Shown here piece after piece: positions 31,403 to 40,390 of a stretch of DNA of 64,000 nucleotides; the stretch's first letter is position 1; each line of letters starts with the position of its first letter. The translations under genes were made by a program, and so were the position numbers. The DNA is from a virus. The notes beneath the pieces are model-generated. The model saw only the letters and a list, made by a program, of their open reading frames with translations. It was not told the origin of the DNA and ran no database searches. The stretch spans positions 71,769 through 135,768 of IMG/VR virus record IMGVR_UViG_3300042894_002308; one strand, given 5' to 3'.

Positions 31403-32697
31403 TATTGTGTTACAACAGTTAGTGATACTTCAAAACTATCCAAGCTCAAAATTGGTTGAACGACAACTGTCATATTAAGTGACGTGCTAAAATCATCATT
31501 GTTCGTACTATCACATGTAATTTGTGTAGCTGCTGTAAACAAAAATTGACTATACTTACTGAGAGCCGTTCTTATTTCAGATGTTACATACGTTCTTGTT
31601 TGTGTATCGTTGGGTTGGAACAAATATTTCATACCAATATTTGTTAAATCTTGGTATATTGCAGATTTAAGTTTCGACACACCAATTCGATCTTCAGCTA
31701 TAATTGTTGCATTTGCTGTTACACCAACCAAATCCGCTCCCAAGAAATTAGGAGCACTTTGATTGTTTACAAAGAAATTTAAACGATTTGTTTTTAATGA
31801 TTCTTTTAAACTGCTATTCCATTCAATAGCATTACTTATATTTCCATTTAATACTTTTGCAAGATTTATACCAGCAACAGTTAAATATAGTTGATTTCTG
31901 TTTTTAGATCTAGCAAAGAACCCACCAACATCACCTACTGCTGGGATATTGTAAGTAATTTTACTACCATTAACTAAAGATGCAGTATCTAAGTCTGCAA
32001 CTGTTTTAATACCATACACATTAAACATTCTATCTGCTATTTCTCCGGTGCAGTTACCAGATAAAGATACATAATCACCCATAGTTAAACCATTTCCGGT
32101 AACTCCTGATGAATCAGCTATGGATGGGAAAATACCAGTAGAATAGTCTTGAGAAATTAACCATTGGACTAAATTACTTGTTGCAGCTTGACCAATAATA
32201 ACATCTAATTTTTTATTTGTATCTGTTTGATATTTGGTAAATCCAGTCGGTCCGCCTGCAACAACTAATGTTCCACCATATGCCAAATAATTAATTGCAT
32301 GTAAAAAATCATTACCAACGGTTCTTGGAGTTATACGAGTAACATTTTGTACAACACCTGTTTTTTCAAACATTCCAAAAGTGCCACCTGAATTTTGTGC
32401 ACTTATCATAAAACCAGTAATTCCAGAAAGTTTATTTAAATCTCCTGCCAAATCTTGAGGATTTGTGTATACAATATAAGTATCGCCTGTAGTTCCTTTT
32501 GGTGGGGTATATCGATATCGTCTGGAATACACTAGCCATCCAAATAAACCACCTGGATCATTGCCTGCTGCACCCGAAACACCGTTAAATGTGACACCAG
32601 CATATCCTGTTCCGAGCTGCATGCCTGCTAAAAGAACTACAGATGTACTTTCTTTAGTATATTGATTAGTGCTGAGAAATGAGCTTAATGATGGCAT
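31402..32697 (-). CDS. gp18: Tail sheath protein, short and divergent (431 aa)
   Basis: AINYLAYGGTLVV; C-terminal DRIGV...YLFQPNDTQTR...CDSTNN; between gp17 and gp19. Confidence 0.8.
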   Translation of the reverse strand: MPSLSSFLSTNQYTKESTSVVLLAGMQLGTGYAGVTFNGVSGAAGNDPGGLFGWLVYSRRYRYTPPKGTTGDTYIVYTNPQDLAGDLNKLSGITGFMISAQNSGGTFGMFEKTGVVQNVTRITPRTVGNDFLHAINYLAYGGTLVVAGGPTGFTKYQTDTNKKLDVIIGQAATSNLVQWLISQDYSTGIFPSIADSSGVTGNGLTMGDYVSLSGNCTGEIADRMFNVYGIKTVADLDTASLVNGSKITYNIPAVGDVGGFFARSKNRNQLYLTVAGINLAKVLNGNISNAIEWNSSLKESLKTNRLNFFVNNQSAPNFLGADLVGVTANATIIAEDRIGVSKLKSAIYQDLTNIGMKYLFQPNDTQTRTYVTSEIRTALSKYSQFLFTAATQITCDSTNNDDFSTSLNMTVVVQPILSLDSFEVSLTVVTQ

Positions 32698-32731
32698 TTA
32701 GATTCCTTATTCTGTCAAAATATTTAGCATT

Positions 32732-34390
32732 TTATGCTGGGTACCAAATTAAACCACCTTGCACAAACTCTTCACCATCATCTTCATTTTTTTGTTGTGG
32801 TGATATTAATATGTTATCATCTTCTGGATTTGATCCTTCTTCATAATTAAATTTACCTTGTTCGATCAAATCTGCAAAATAATCTTGTCTCGTTAACCAT
32901 GCAAAAAACACTAAAGACATGACTAAATCGTCATGGTGACCATCTTCGGCTTTAAAAGTATTAGATTTTGATACAAATGCCGTAAGTTCTGCAATTATTC
33001 TTTCATCATTTAATAAAATTTTGTCGTCTTCAATAAGTCGCTTTAAAATAGCACATCCAATTTTTTTAGTTTGTGCTGTAGTACGTATTCCCATTTCATT
33101 TTTACCAACTCCACCAAAACCCTGTGATAGAATTTGTCCTTTTCTTCCAAGAACTTTTGTCATTAAAACATTTTCATATTCTAAATCGGTATGCAATATA
33201 CCGGAAACTTGCCCCCCCAGATCATTTGTTTCTATTAAAACAAATGCATTATTATATAATTTTGCTGCAGAATTTAATACAGTTGGATAATGAAATGGAC
33301 TTATTGTATTATTTCTGTATGTGGACACAACTTGATAAGGAGTAGTTGTAGCATCTATAATGGTATAGGCAGAGTAATCAGCACCTTGCCCACGTGACAC
33401 GTCTGCCTGCAAGAAATACGTATGATCTTTTTCAGGATATGCAAATGTTCGCAAACCTTCATTTGTTTCATATAAAGGTTCTTCACCAGCCAAAACATTT
33501 AATTTACTAGTATTAATTAATGTATTACTAGAACCTAAAAAACTACATCCATACTCTTGTTCAAACTGTTCAGGGCTTGTATTAGCAATCTGCTCTTCTG
33601 CCCATACATCGTCTCTTTTTGGTCCACCCGGAGATATAGGAACGTCTCTCCAACTTACTTCTACTGGAATAAATTTATTTTTTTGTTTATGACCATCAAC
33701 TCTATTTGCATCAATCCATAATTTATGAAAATGATTGAGTCCATTAGGTGTAGATACAATTACAAGTTTTGTAGTGGTACCAGCTGAAATTGTTGGATAT
33801 GTTGATGCATAGAATTCTTCTGCAATATGTGAGGGCAAGAAGGCGTATTCGTCTAAAAGAAGAAAGTTAAATGAACCACCACGGATTGCAGCAGATGATG
33901 TTGCATCACACATTACTCTAGATCCGTTTTCTAGCTTCATTGATGTCTTATTCCATTCTACGACACCTTGTTGTAAAAACTGTGGTAAGTTTTCATATGC
34001 TAATTGCAGTTTAGAATATAGTTCATCTTTTGCTGTTTTTAATCTGTTAGCTAAAATTGCTACACTAACGCTTTGATTAAATGTTATGTAATGACAAATA
34101 TATCCAATAACCGAAGTAGACTTTCCAGACTGACGAGGCCATTTAGAAATAACAAATCGATTTTTGTGAATTTGATTAACAAATTTTTGTTGATAATCAT
34201 ATAACTGTAAAGGCATAATACCTTTATCAAGAGTTTTTACTTTTACGTATTTACTACAAAAATAGACAGGATCATTAGCACACTTGATATATTCTTCAAG
34301 CTGCTCTTTTGAATATTGTATATCTACACCAGGTGGTTTTAATTTTGAGTTATTTCTATACCCAATATTATTGCTGTTTTGCGCCTTCAT
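32732..34390 (-). CDS. gp17: Terminase large subunit
   Basis: PRQSGKST, LLDEYAF, VSTPNG, DVSRGQGADYS, HDDLVM. Confidence 0.98.
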   Translation of the reverse strand: MKAQNSNNIGYRNNSKLKPPGVDIQYSKEQLEEYIKCANDPVYFCSKYVKVKTLDKGIMPLQLYDYQQKFVNQIHKNRFVISKWPRQSGKSTSVIGYICHYITFNQSVSVAILANRLKTAKDELYSKLQLAYENLPQFLQQGVVEWNKTSMKLENGSRVMCDATSSAAIRGGSFNFLLLDEYAFLPSHIAEEFYASTYPTISAGTTTKLVIVSTPNGLNHFHKLWIDANRVDGHKQKNKFIPVEVSWRDVPISPGGPKRDDVWAEEQIANTSPEQFEQEYGCSFLGSSNTLINTSKLNVLAGEEPLYETNEGLRTFAYPEKDHTYFLQADVSRGQGADYSAYTIIDATTTPYQVVSTYRNNTISPFHYPTVLNSAAKLYNNAFVLIETNDLGGQVSGILHTDLEYENVLMTKVLGRKGQILSQGFGGVGKNEMGIRTTAQTKKIGCAILKRLIEDDKILLNDERIIAELTAFVSKSNTFKAEDGHHDDLVMSLVFFAWLTRQDYFADLIEQGKFNYEEGSNPEDDNILISPQQKNEDDGEEFVQGGLIWYPA

Positions 34391-34814
34391 TTATAACCTC
34401 CACATCAATTACTTTTTCAGTACTTCTCTCTTTATTTAACAGATTTTGTAGATCTTTTGTTGATCCAACAAATACTGAATTATTAGTTTGAGTCAATTTA
34501 GTGGCAGTGGCAGAGGTAATATCTTTGGCACTTTTATGTACAGAAAGCACATTGTTATTTAAATCTGCCATAGTTTTTAACATTATGGCAACTACTTCAA
34601 ATGCACGCGGACTATCTGATTCGGTTGCTACTTTTAATACACTTTCTAAAGCAAGGTTACCATTTTGAATTAAATCTTTGAGATTATTTTGAACCATCTC
34701 ATAGTCTTTACCAAAATTATTAGAATTAAAAGTTCCACCAACTAAATTCTTAGAAGACTCTGGTTTAGATGGTTCAACATCAAATAGTTTTGCTAAATTT
34801 TTATTTAAAGTCAT
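34368..34814 (-). CDS. gp16: Terminase small subunit
   Basis: SPRAFEV, NNSVFVGSTKDLQ. Confidence 0.93.
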   Translation of the reverse strand: MTLNKNLAKLFDVEPSKPESSKNLVGGTFNSNNFGKDYEMVQNNLKDLIQNGNLALESVLKVATESDSPRAFEVVAIMLKTMADLNNNVLSVHKSAKDITSATATKLTQTNNSVFVGSTKDLQNLLNKERSTEKVIDVEVINEGAKQQ

Positions 34815-34818
34815 TATC

Positions 34819-35475
34819 TTAATCTATTTCTATAATTGGATTGATAGTAGTAATTGTAGTAAAACTTTGTACTTCACCAAATATCCATGATTTAGCTACA
34901 AATTGAAATGAAGCAATATTTAAACGACGAGAAGAAAAATCACCTTCATATTTTTCTGTTATACTATTACTTTGCATAATAATAGGAATATCAAGATTTG
35001 TTTGTACATCATTCATATCAAGCCTAATAGTATGATCTGGCACAAAATATGGCATTATTTGTTCAACAATTTGAAGTAAATCATCAGTATGTCGGGTATA
35101 CGCATATAAATTAAATACAACATTTACAGGAATCTGACTTTTAATTTTATTTCCATTAGCCTGACATACATCATTAACACTTTGATTTGTATTAAGCGCA
35201 TACCTACCCAATCTTCTTGATGGATCCGGTGAAATATTAGACATCATAAAACTTATAATAGGTACTTGGACTTCAATACGAGTACCGTCTGTTATTGATG
35301 ACGGTTGCAATAACCGTTGAATAAATTTTTCTTGAGCAGCATAATGCACTGGAACGCGAATTAAAAATGGATTGCCAGTATCTGGATCTTTATGTTGTAT
35401 TTCAATATTACTAAACAAAGAACCAAATCCAACAACCAATTTTCTTAAATTTTCATTATAAAAGTTTCCAAACAT
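34819..35475 (-). CDS. gp15: Tail sheath stabiliser
   Basis: FGSLFSNI, VPVHYAAQEKF, QIVEQIMPYF. Confidence 0.92.
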   Translation of the reverse strand: MFGNFYNENLRKLVVGFGSLFSNIEIQHKDPDTGNPFLIRVPVHYAAQEKFIQRLLQPSSITDGTRIEVQVPIISFMMSNISPDPSRRLGRYALNTNQSVNDVCQANGNKIKSQIPVNVVFNLYAYTRHTDDLLQIVEQIMPYFVPDHTIRLDMNDVQTNLDIPIIMQSNSITEKYEGDFSSRRLNIASFQFVAKSWIFGEVQSFTTITTINPIIEID

Positions 35476-35485
35476 TTAAGCTCCT

Positions 35486-36163
35486 TTATGAACAACTAAT
35501 ATCCGAGTTACATTCATCAAACGGATTATTGGGATCAAATCCGTAACTTATTCCCTCTTGTTTAAGGATGTCGTTAACTCCCATAGTTGTGCCCAGTATA
35601 TTATTTAAAGGAATTACAGTAGAGCCAGAAAGACCTCTTGTTGTTGTATATGGTGAATTGATTGCAGTATTTGGTGTGTCAATCTTTTCGTAGCTATAAG
35701 TAAACAACTCTGCAGTTATTTGATATGAATATAATTTACCTAATGGATATAAAGGGTTTTCATGTTCTACAAAGTTAATTTCAAATAACGATTTTGATAA
35801 TGGAAAATATATAAGATCACCTTCTCTGGGTCTTATAATTGTAGCATCATATGTTGTTACTTCTTCTTTAAATCTTTTACGCGCAAGTAATAAAGATATT
35901 TTATCACGAATTTCTAATCCGAATTGACTTATTACATCGGTGCCGTCAAATCCTTTATAAGATTGAATATACATTTCTATAGTATAAATCTGTTCAAAAG
36001 AAGACGCTGGATCTTCACCAAAAATTTTATCTATACTAAAATATTTTCTAGGTACATAATAACAATCCTGACCCATAGCTTGTATCAATTCAACGGTAAA
36101 ACTTTCAACTAATGATTGTTCTGGGCCAAAACTTGTAAGATTAAGATATCTATTTGTTGCCAT
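35486..36163 (-). CDS. gp14: Neck protein
   Basis: YYVPR, SQFGLEIRD, RPREGDLIYFP, FEINFVEHE. Confidence 0.93.
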   Translation of the reverse strand: MATNRYLNLTSFGPEQSLVESFTVELIQAMGQDCYYVPRKYFSIDKIFGEDPASSFEQIYTIEMYIQSYKGFDGTDVISQFGLEIRDKISLLLARKRFKEEVTTYDATIIRPREGDLIYFPLSKSLFEINFVEHENPLYPLGKLYSYQITAELFTYSYEKIDTPNTAINSPYTTTRGLSGSTVIPLNNILGTTMGVNDILKQEGISYGFDPNNPFDECNSDISCS

Positions 36164-36164
36164 T

Positions 36165-36995
36165 TTAACCTATCATGGGATCTACTGGTAATTCATGGGT
36201 TTTGAGTAATGTCGCCTCAATTACATCTAATTCTTTTTGAGCATCTTGCATTATTGCTGCGGAGTTTATAGAAGCTCCACCTGGAAGTGGTATACCAGCA
36301 TATTTCATTAAATTTTGAGCCCACTGTTTCTTTAATAGTGCTCCATAATGTCTCTGAAAAATACGATCACTCCAAACTGTTGGATGATACTCAGGATTTA
36401 CTTTTACATATGCTTCAACCATCAAATATGACCCAGCTGGAATTAAACTTTGTTGAGTTTCTAAAAATAATCTTTGAGTAGTATTTGTATACGTAAATGA
36501 ATATGGGTAATTAAATACATCATTTATTAGTTCAAGATAACTCATAGCTTCCATATAAGTTGCCATTGGACCTTGAGCCAAACCACCTTGATTAAAGTAC
36601 AAACCAAAAAAATCAAATAAAGTCATCTGATACCGCAAATCAAACATATAATCACCAACAAGATTGCCGGGAGCATATACTTTGCTTATAGTGCGTATAT
36701 CACTAGCCATTGGCCAAAATCCTGTAGCTCCAGTCTCGGATGATGTAACTGACTGTGCACCCAATCCATAACCAAATTGTGATACGTCAAAATACTTTTT
36801 TGCAACATTTTCTACAGTTACTGGAACAACAAACTGTGCTCGTTCATTAAAATTATAATGACGTTCATACAAATACTCCAAAGATTCGTCTAAACGATCA
36901 TGTGCCTGTTCTGCATCAACATTTATTTGAATTACAGGAGCACCGAGTTTTCTATATGTAAAATCAATAAATTCTTGACGGGTAGTTATGGCCAT
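36165..36995 (-). CDS. gp13: Neck protein
   Basis: RKLGAPVIQINV, KKQWAQNLMKY.G..LPGG. Confidence 0.94.
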   Translation of the reverse strand: MAITTRQEFIDFTYRKLGAPVIQINVDAEQAHDRLDESLEYLYERHYNFNERAQFVVPVTVENVAKKYFDVSQFGYGLGAQSVTSSETGATGFWPMASDIRTISKVYAPGNLVGDYMFDLRYQMTLFDFFGLYFNQGGLAQGPMATYMEAMSYLELINDVFNYPYSFTYTNTTQRLFLETQQSLIPAGSYLMVEAYVKVNPEYHPTVWSDRIFQRHYGALLKKQWAQNLMKYAGIPLPGGASINSAAIMQDAQKELDVIEATLLKTHELPVDPMIG

Positions 36996-37003
36996 AGAAA
37001 TAT

Positions 37004-37456
37004 TTATGAATTCTCAATAATTTTATTAACTTGAGAAATCAATTTTTCTTTTTCTTCACTATGACCAATAGTTACTTGAATAAGTTCCAATTCGTTAGGA
37101 TCAAATGCTTCAATCATCTCTTTTCGCAATTTAACTTCTATTGGTTTAAAATTTGGGTCATAATTGCTAAATCCAGGCATTTGCATTGGACAATTTAATA
37201 CTGGATAATCTAATTTTGAATAATCTGTACTTTCTGCCATTAGCCATGTGTGTGGTTTGTCACCGCAACCACACCCTCCACAATAGTGTTTTGTAGAATC
37301 TACATCACTTTGTTTTAAAAATGGACAGGTGGTAGTTAAAGTACCTCCACCAAAACAAGAAAGAATTCTTAATTGTTTAGTTGGAATATCTGTTTTAGTA
37401 TTTGATAAGCCACGTGAAGCTAAAGACGCAGCAAACATAATCATTTTAGTAAACAT
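37004..37456 (-). CDS. Cys-rich hypothetical protein
   Basis: R..SC...CP...CGGCGC...KL..P...CP pattern, resembles the C-terminus of the ORF at 51774. Confidence 0.6.
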   Translation of the reverse strand: MFTKMIMFAASLASRGLSNTKTDIPTKQLRILSCFGGGTLTTTCPFLKQSDVDSTKHYCGGCGCGDKPHTWLMAESTDYSKLDYPVLNCPMQMPGFSNYDPNFKPIEVKLRKEMIEAFDPNELELIQVTIGHSEEKEKLISQVNKIIENS

Positions 37457-37460
37457 AAAT

Positions 37461-38096
37461 TTAAAAAGTCGAATAATTGACTGACATACCGGCAGGAACT
37501 ATATATTTTTCAATAAATGATTTATATGAAGTTAAGTTTGACTGTTCTGCAGTGCTTATTTTAATTTCTATAGTGGTATATGCACCAGTATCTATGAACA
37601 CGCTATTCCAAGGTATTCCTAATAAAGAACATATTGCATATTTTATTGCTGCAGGAGTACCCTTACAATTAAAATAATTTGTATCAGATTTAATTAAAAA
37701 AGTTCTTAAATTTTGAATAATTCTTTGAAACTCTGTTGTACTAAAATCAGCACCAGGAAAATAAAAATCTGCCAATGCTTCTAAAAATATATCATTTGTA
37801 AAAAGTGGAACTCGTATTGTTTCCCAATTTAATTGTGCGCCATATCCATACTCTTGACTCAATAACCATCTTAAATAATTTTTTATCAAAGGAACAATAG
37901 TTACATTATTTGGATTGTCAGAGTATTCTTTTAGTATCCATTGTGGAAATAATGATTCTACTGTTAGCTTATCACCCAACCAAGGTTTATCTAAATTTAT
38001 ATAATAATCACTACCTGCTGCAGTAGAAGCAGTTTCTGACAATAAATTCATTTTAGTGTCAAGAGATAAAGCTAAATTATTTAATAGTAATATCAT
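37461..38096 (-). CDS. Short baseplate wedge protein (gp7-like)
   Basis: FPQWI, IKNYLRWL, YFNCKGTPAAIKY, IVPAGM; follows gp6. Confidence 0.7.
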   Translation of the reverse strand: MILLLNNLALSLDTKMNLLSETASTAAGSDYYINLDKPWLGDKLTVESLFPQWILKEYSDNPNNVTIVPLIKNYLRWLLSQEYGYGAQLNWETIRVPLFTNDIFLEALADFYFPGADFSTTEFQRIIQNLRTFLIKSDTNYFNCKGTPAAIKYAICSLLGIPWNSVFIDTGAYTTIEIKISTAEQSNLTSYKSFIEKYIVPAGMSVNYSTF

Positions 38097-39172
38097 TGTG
38101 TATATACTAAACGTATTCCAGCAAGTTTTCTAGCATTTAAATAAGTCATTAATGCTGTTTGATTTGATGCAGATAAGTTTGTAACATATACATTTACTGT
38201 ACCAGGTACACAACAATCATTAACAACAGTAATATAATCTTCGCTTTCAGTGCCACTTATACCAGATCCTAAAATTGCATTAATATAATCTGATATGGTT
38301 ACACAACGATCTTGACCAGTGGCTTGAAAAAGTAAACTATATCTTGCACGATCAACACCAATTAAATTATATCCACCTGTTGGCAAATCAGTTGTATTAA
38401 ATTGTGCATCAGATCTAGATGTAATGCTTGCATTATTTGAATCAGTTCCATTTGTTAAAACAGCTTTAATTAAAACAGTACTTGATGACGTTAATGTTTT
38501 AGCACTTGGAAAATTATTTGTAACAATATATCCTTGTGGTCCGTTTATTACTGTAAACGTATTTTGATTTCCTGTTGCTGCTGTTGAAGATTTATCAACC
38601 CTAGTCCATTTATTCACTACACCAGAATTGGTTGTGCTTTCATAAAATGTAATTGTCCGGGGATCCACTGTATACGGAAGTTGACATGATTGTGTATCAT
38701 AGTCATAATTTGTATAACTAACAACCTGTGTTCCAGAATAAAGAGTAGTTGTTTTTGCATTTCCAGCAGGAACAGAATTTATATTGAAAAAATATGCAAT
38801 AGCTCCAGAACTTGTTGTAGCTTGGAATGTTGTATAATCTTGTAACGTTGCTCCAACAGCTGTAATAGTTCTCGTAGTACTTGCTCCTTGGACTGGAGCT
38901 ATGAGAACCGAATTATTAGCTGCAATACCCAGTAAACTATTTAATAAGGTAGTTGTGGTAGCAAAAGAATTAACATAACCAAACTGTGCATATACACCAT
39001 TATATGCTGTTACAGTGGATAGCAAATTAATTAATAAATTTGCTGTGCTTGCATTGTTTGCAAAATCTATATCAGCCAATTCAGGTTGTTTGGATAAAAA
39101 AGAAATTAATGATGTTTTAATATCATCAAAATCTAAAGAAGCGACTGATAAATTTTTAAGTTGGTAGGTCAT
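38093..39172 (-). CDS. gp6: Baseplate wedge protein, short (359 aa)
   Basis: LDFDDIKTSLISFL, QDRCVTISDY. Confidence 0.85.
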   Translation of the reverse strand: MTYQLKNLSVASLDFDDIKTSLISFLSKQPELADIDFANNASTANLLINLLSTVTAYNGVYAQFGYVNSFATTTTLLNSLLGIAANNSVLIAPVQGASTTRTITAVGATLQDYTTFQATTSSGAIAYFFNINSVPAGNAKTTTLYSGTQVVSYTNYDYDTQSCQLPYTVDPRTITFYESTTNSGVVNKWTRVDKSSTAATGNQNTFTVINGPQGYIVTNNFPSAKTLTSSSTVLIKAVLTNGTDSNNASITSRSDAQFNTTDLPTGGYNLIGVDRARYSLLFQATGQDRCVTISDYINAILGSGISGTESEDYITVVNDCCVPGTVNVYVTNLSASNQTALMTYLNARKLAGIRLVYTQ

Positions 39173-39552
39173 TATAGATTAACCTCTACAAAGGTAGTAG
39201 CATCTGTTTGAGTTGATATTCCATCTGTTATTGAATAAGTTACTGTAAATTGAAAGCTATCTTGAGAAGCGTATGTTGTATAAACAGATATATTATACAA
39301 TTTTGGAATAGCAGCTTGAATAGATCCAGCTAAAGATGCTTGTAGGGCTGGAAGGTTAGCTTGACCATTAAAAATATAATCAAAATAATTAGACCCAAGA
39401 TTCATACTTGATAGTAGTTCACCTTTTTGTGTTTTTAATACAACTTCTATGTACTGTGCATAGGCATTAAAACCACTTACTGTACCAATATCTTTTTTTG
39501 GTCCAGATACATTGATTTTTTCTAATAATATTGAAAAATCTTTTTTAGCCAT
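39172..39552 (-). CDS. gp25: Baseplate wedge subunit
   Basis: VLKTQKGE...LGSN..DYIF; start set at ATG 5 nt after TAAATA. Confidence 0.75.
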   Translation of the reverse strand: MAKKDFSILLEKINVSGPKKDIGTVSGFNAYAQYIEVVLKTQKGELLSSMNLGSNYFDYIFNGQANLPALQASLAGSIQAAIPKLYNISVYTTYASQDSFQFTVTYSITDGISTQTDATTFVEVNL

Positions 39553-39565
39553 CAGAATATTTAGA

Positions 39566-40375
39566 TCATGGATAATATGGACCACCATCATCAGAACCAC
39601 TATAGTCTGGAGCTATATTAGATAATGATAATGCAGTTTCATGCGTTCCAGAATTTGTAAACACATGTTTGATTCCCATAACGTAATATAAACCATTTAA
39701 TACAGAATTTTCTTTTGAATAGGGATATCCACTTATTCCGTTTAAACGAACAAGCATAACTTGACCAACTTTTAAATTAAAATCTCCAGCTACAGTAACA
39801 TTTACTTTTCTTCCGTATTGTAAAGCATCAACAAATTCTGCACGTTTAACTGGAGTTTCTACTGGAGTATTCCAAAAAGAAGCAACATTTAATCTGTGTT
39901 TAATATATGCTTCATATCTTGGTGCTAATTCCGGACAGGTACAACTGTATGGAGCATCTGGAGTTCCCCAAAGACATCCAAGCCAATCTAGTCCCAAAGA
40001 AGAACTAGCAGCTACTTGATTACATTCTTCTGGTGGATCATTTAATAAAAGATCTACAGGCGTAAAAGTATTTAATAGATTAATAGTCGGAACCCCGGCT
40101 CCTGTCCATAAAGTATAACTACTAGCAGTACCTCCAGAACTACCACTGCTACCGCTGCTACCTGAACTCGTTGAAGTTCCAGTATAAAATCCTATAGCAG
40201 TAGCAATTTCTTGAACTCCAGGAAATCGTGTAAAACAATCATCTAAACTAGATGGTGCATTGGTAACTCCTCTGGTAATGGAAGAATTGGCACACTGATA
40301 AGAATCTTTACTCGTTACAGAATATAATGCAGTTTGTGGATGATTTGATCCATATGTTAATATTTGTCCTGACAT
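39566..40375 (-). CDS. Baseplate hub, C-terminal part (gp27/late-control-D-like)
   Basis: VTVAGDFNLKVGQV...LNGLYYVMGIKHVF...HET.LSL. Confidence 0.65.
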   Translation of the reverse strand: MSGQILTYGSNHPQTALYSVTSKDSYQCANSSITRGVTNAPSSLDDCFTRFPGVQEIATAIGFYTGTSTSSGSSGSSGSSGGTASSYTLWTGAGVPTINLLNTFTPVDLLLNDPPEECNQVAASSSLGLDWLGCLWGTPDAPYSCTCPELAPRYEAYIKHRLNVASFWNTPVETPVKRAEFVDALQYGRKVNVTVAGDFNLKVGQVMLVRLNGISGYPYSKENSVLNGLYYVMGIKHVFTNSGTHETALSLSNIAPDYSGSDDGGPYYP

Positions 40376-40390
40376 AAATTAATCCTATTT

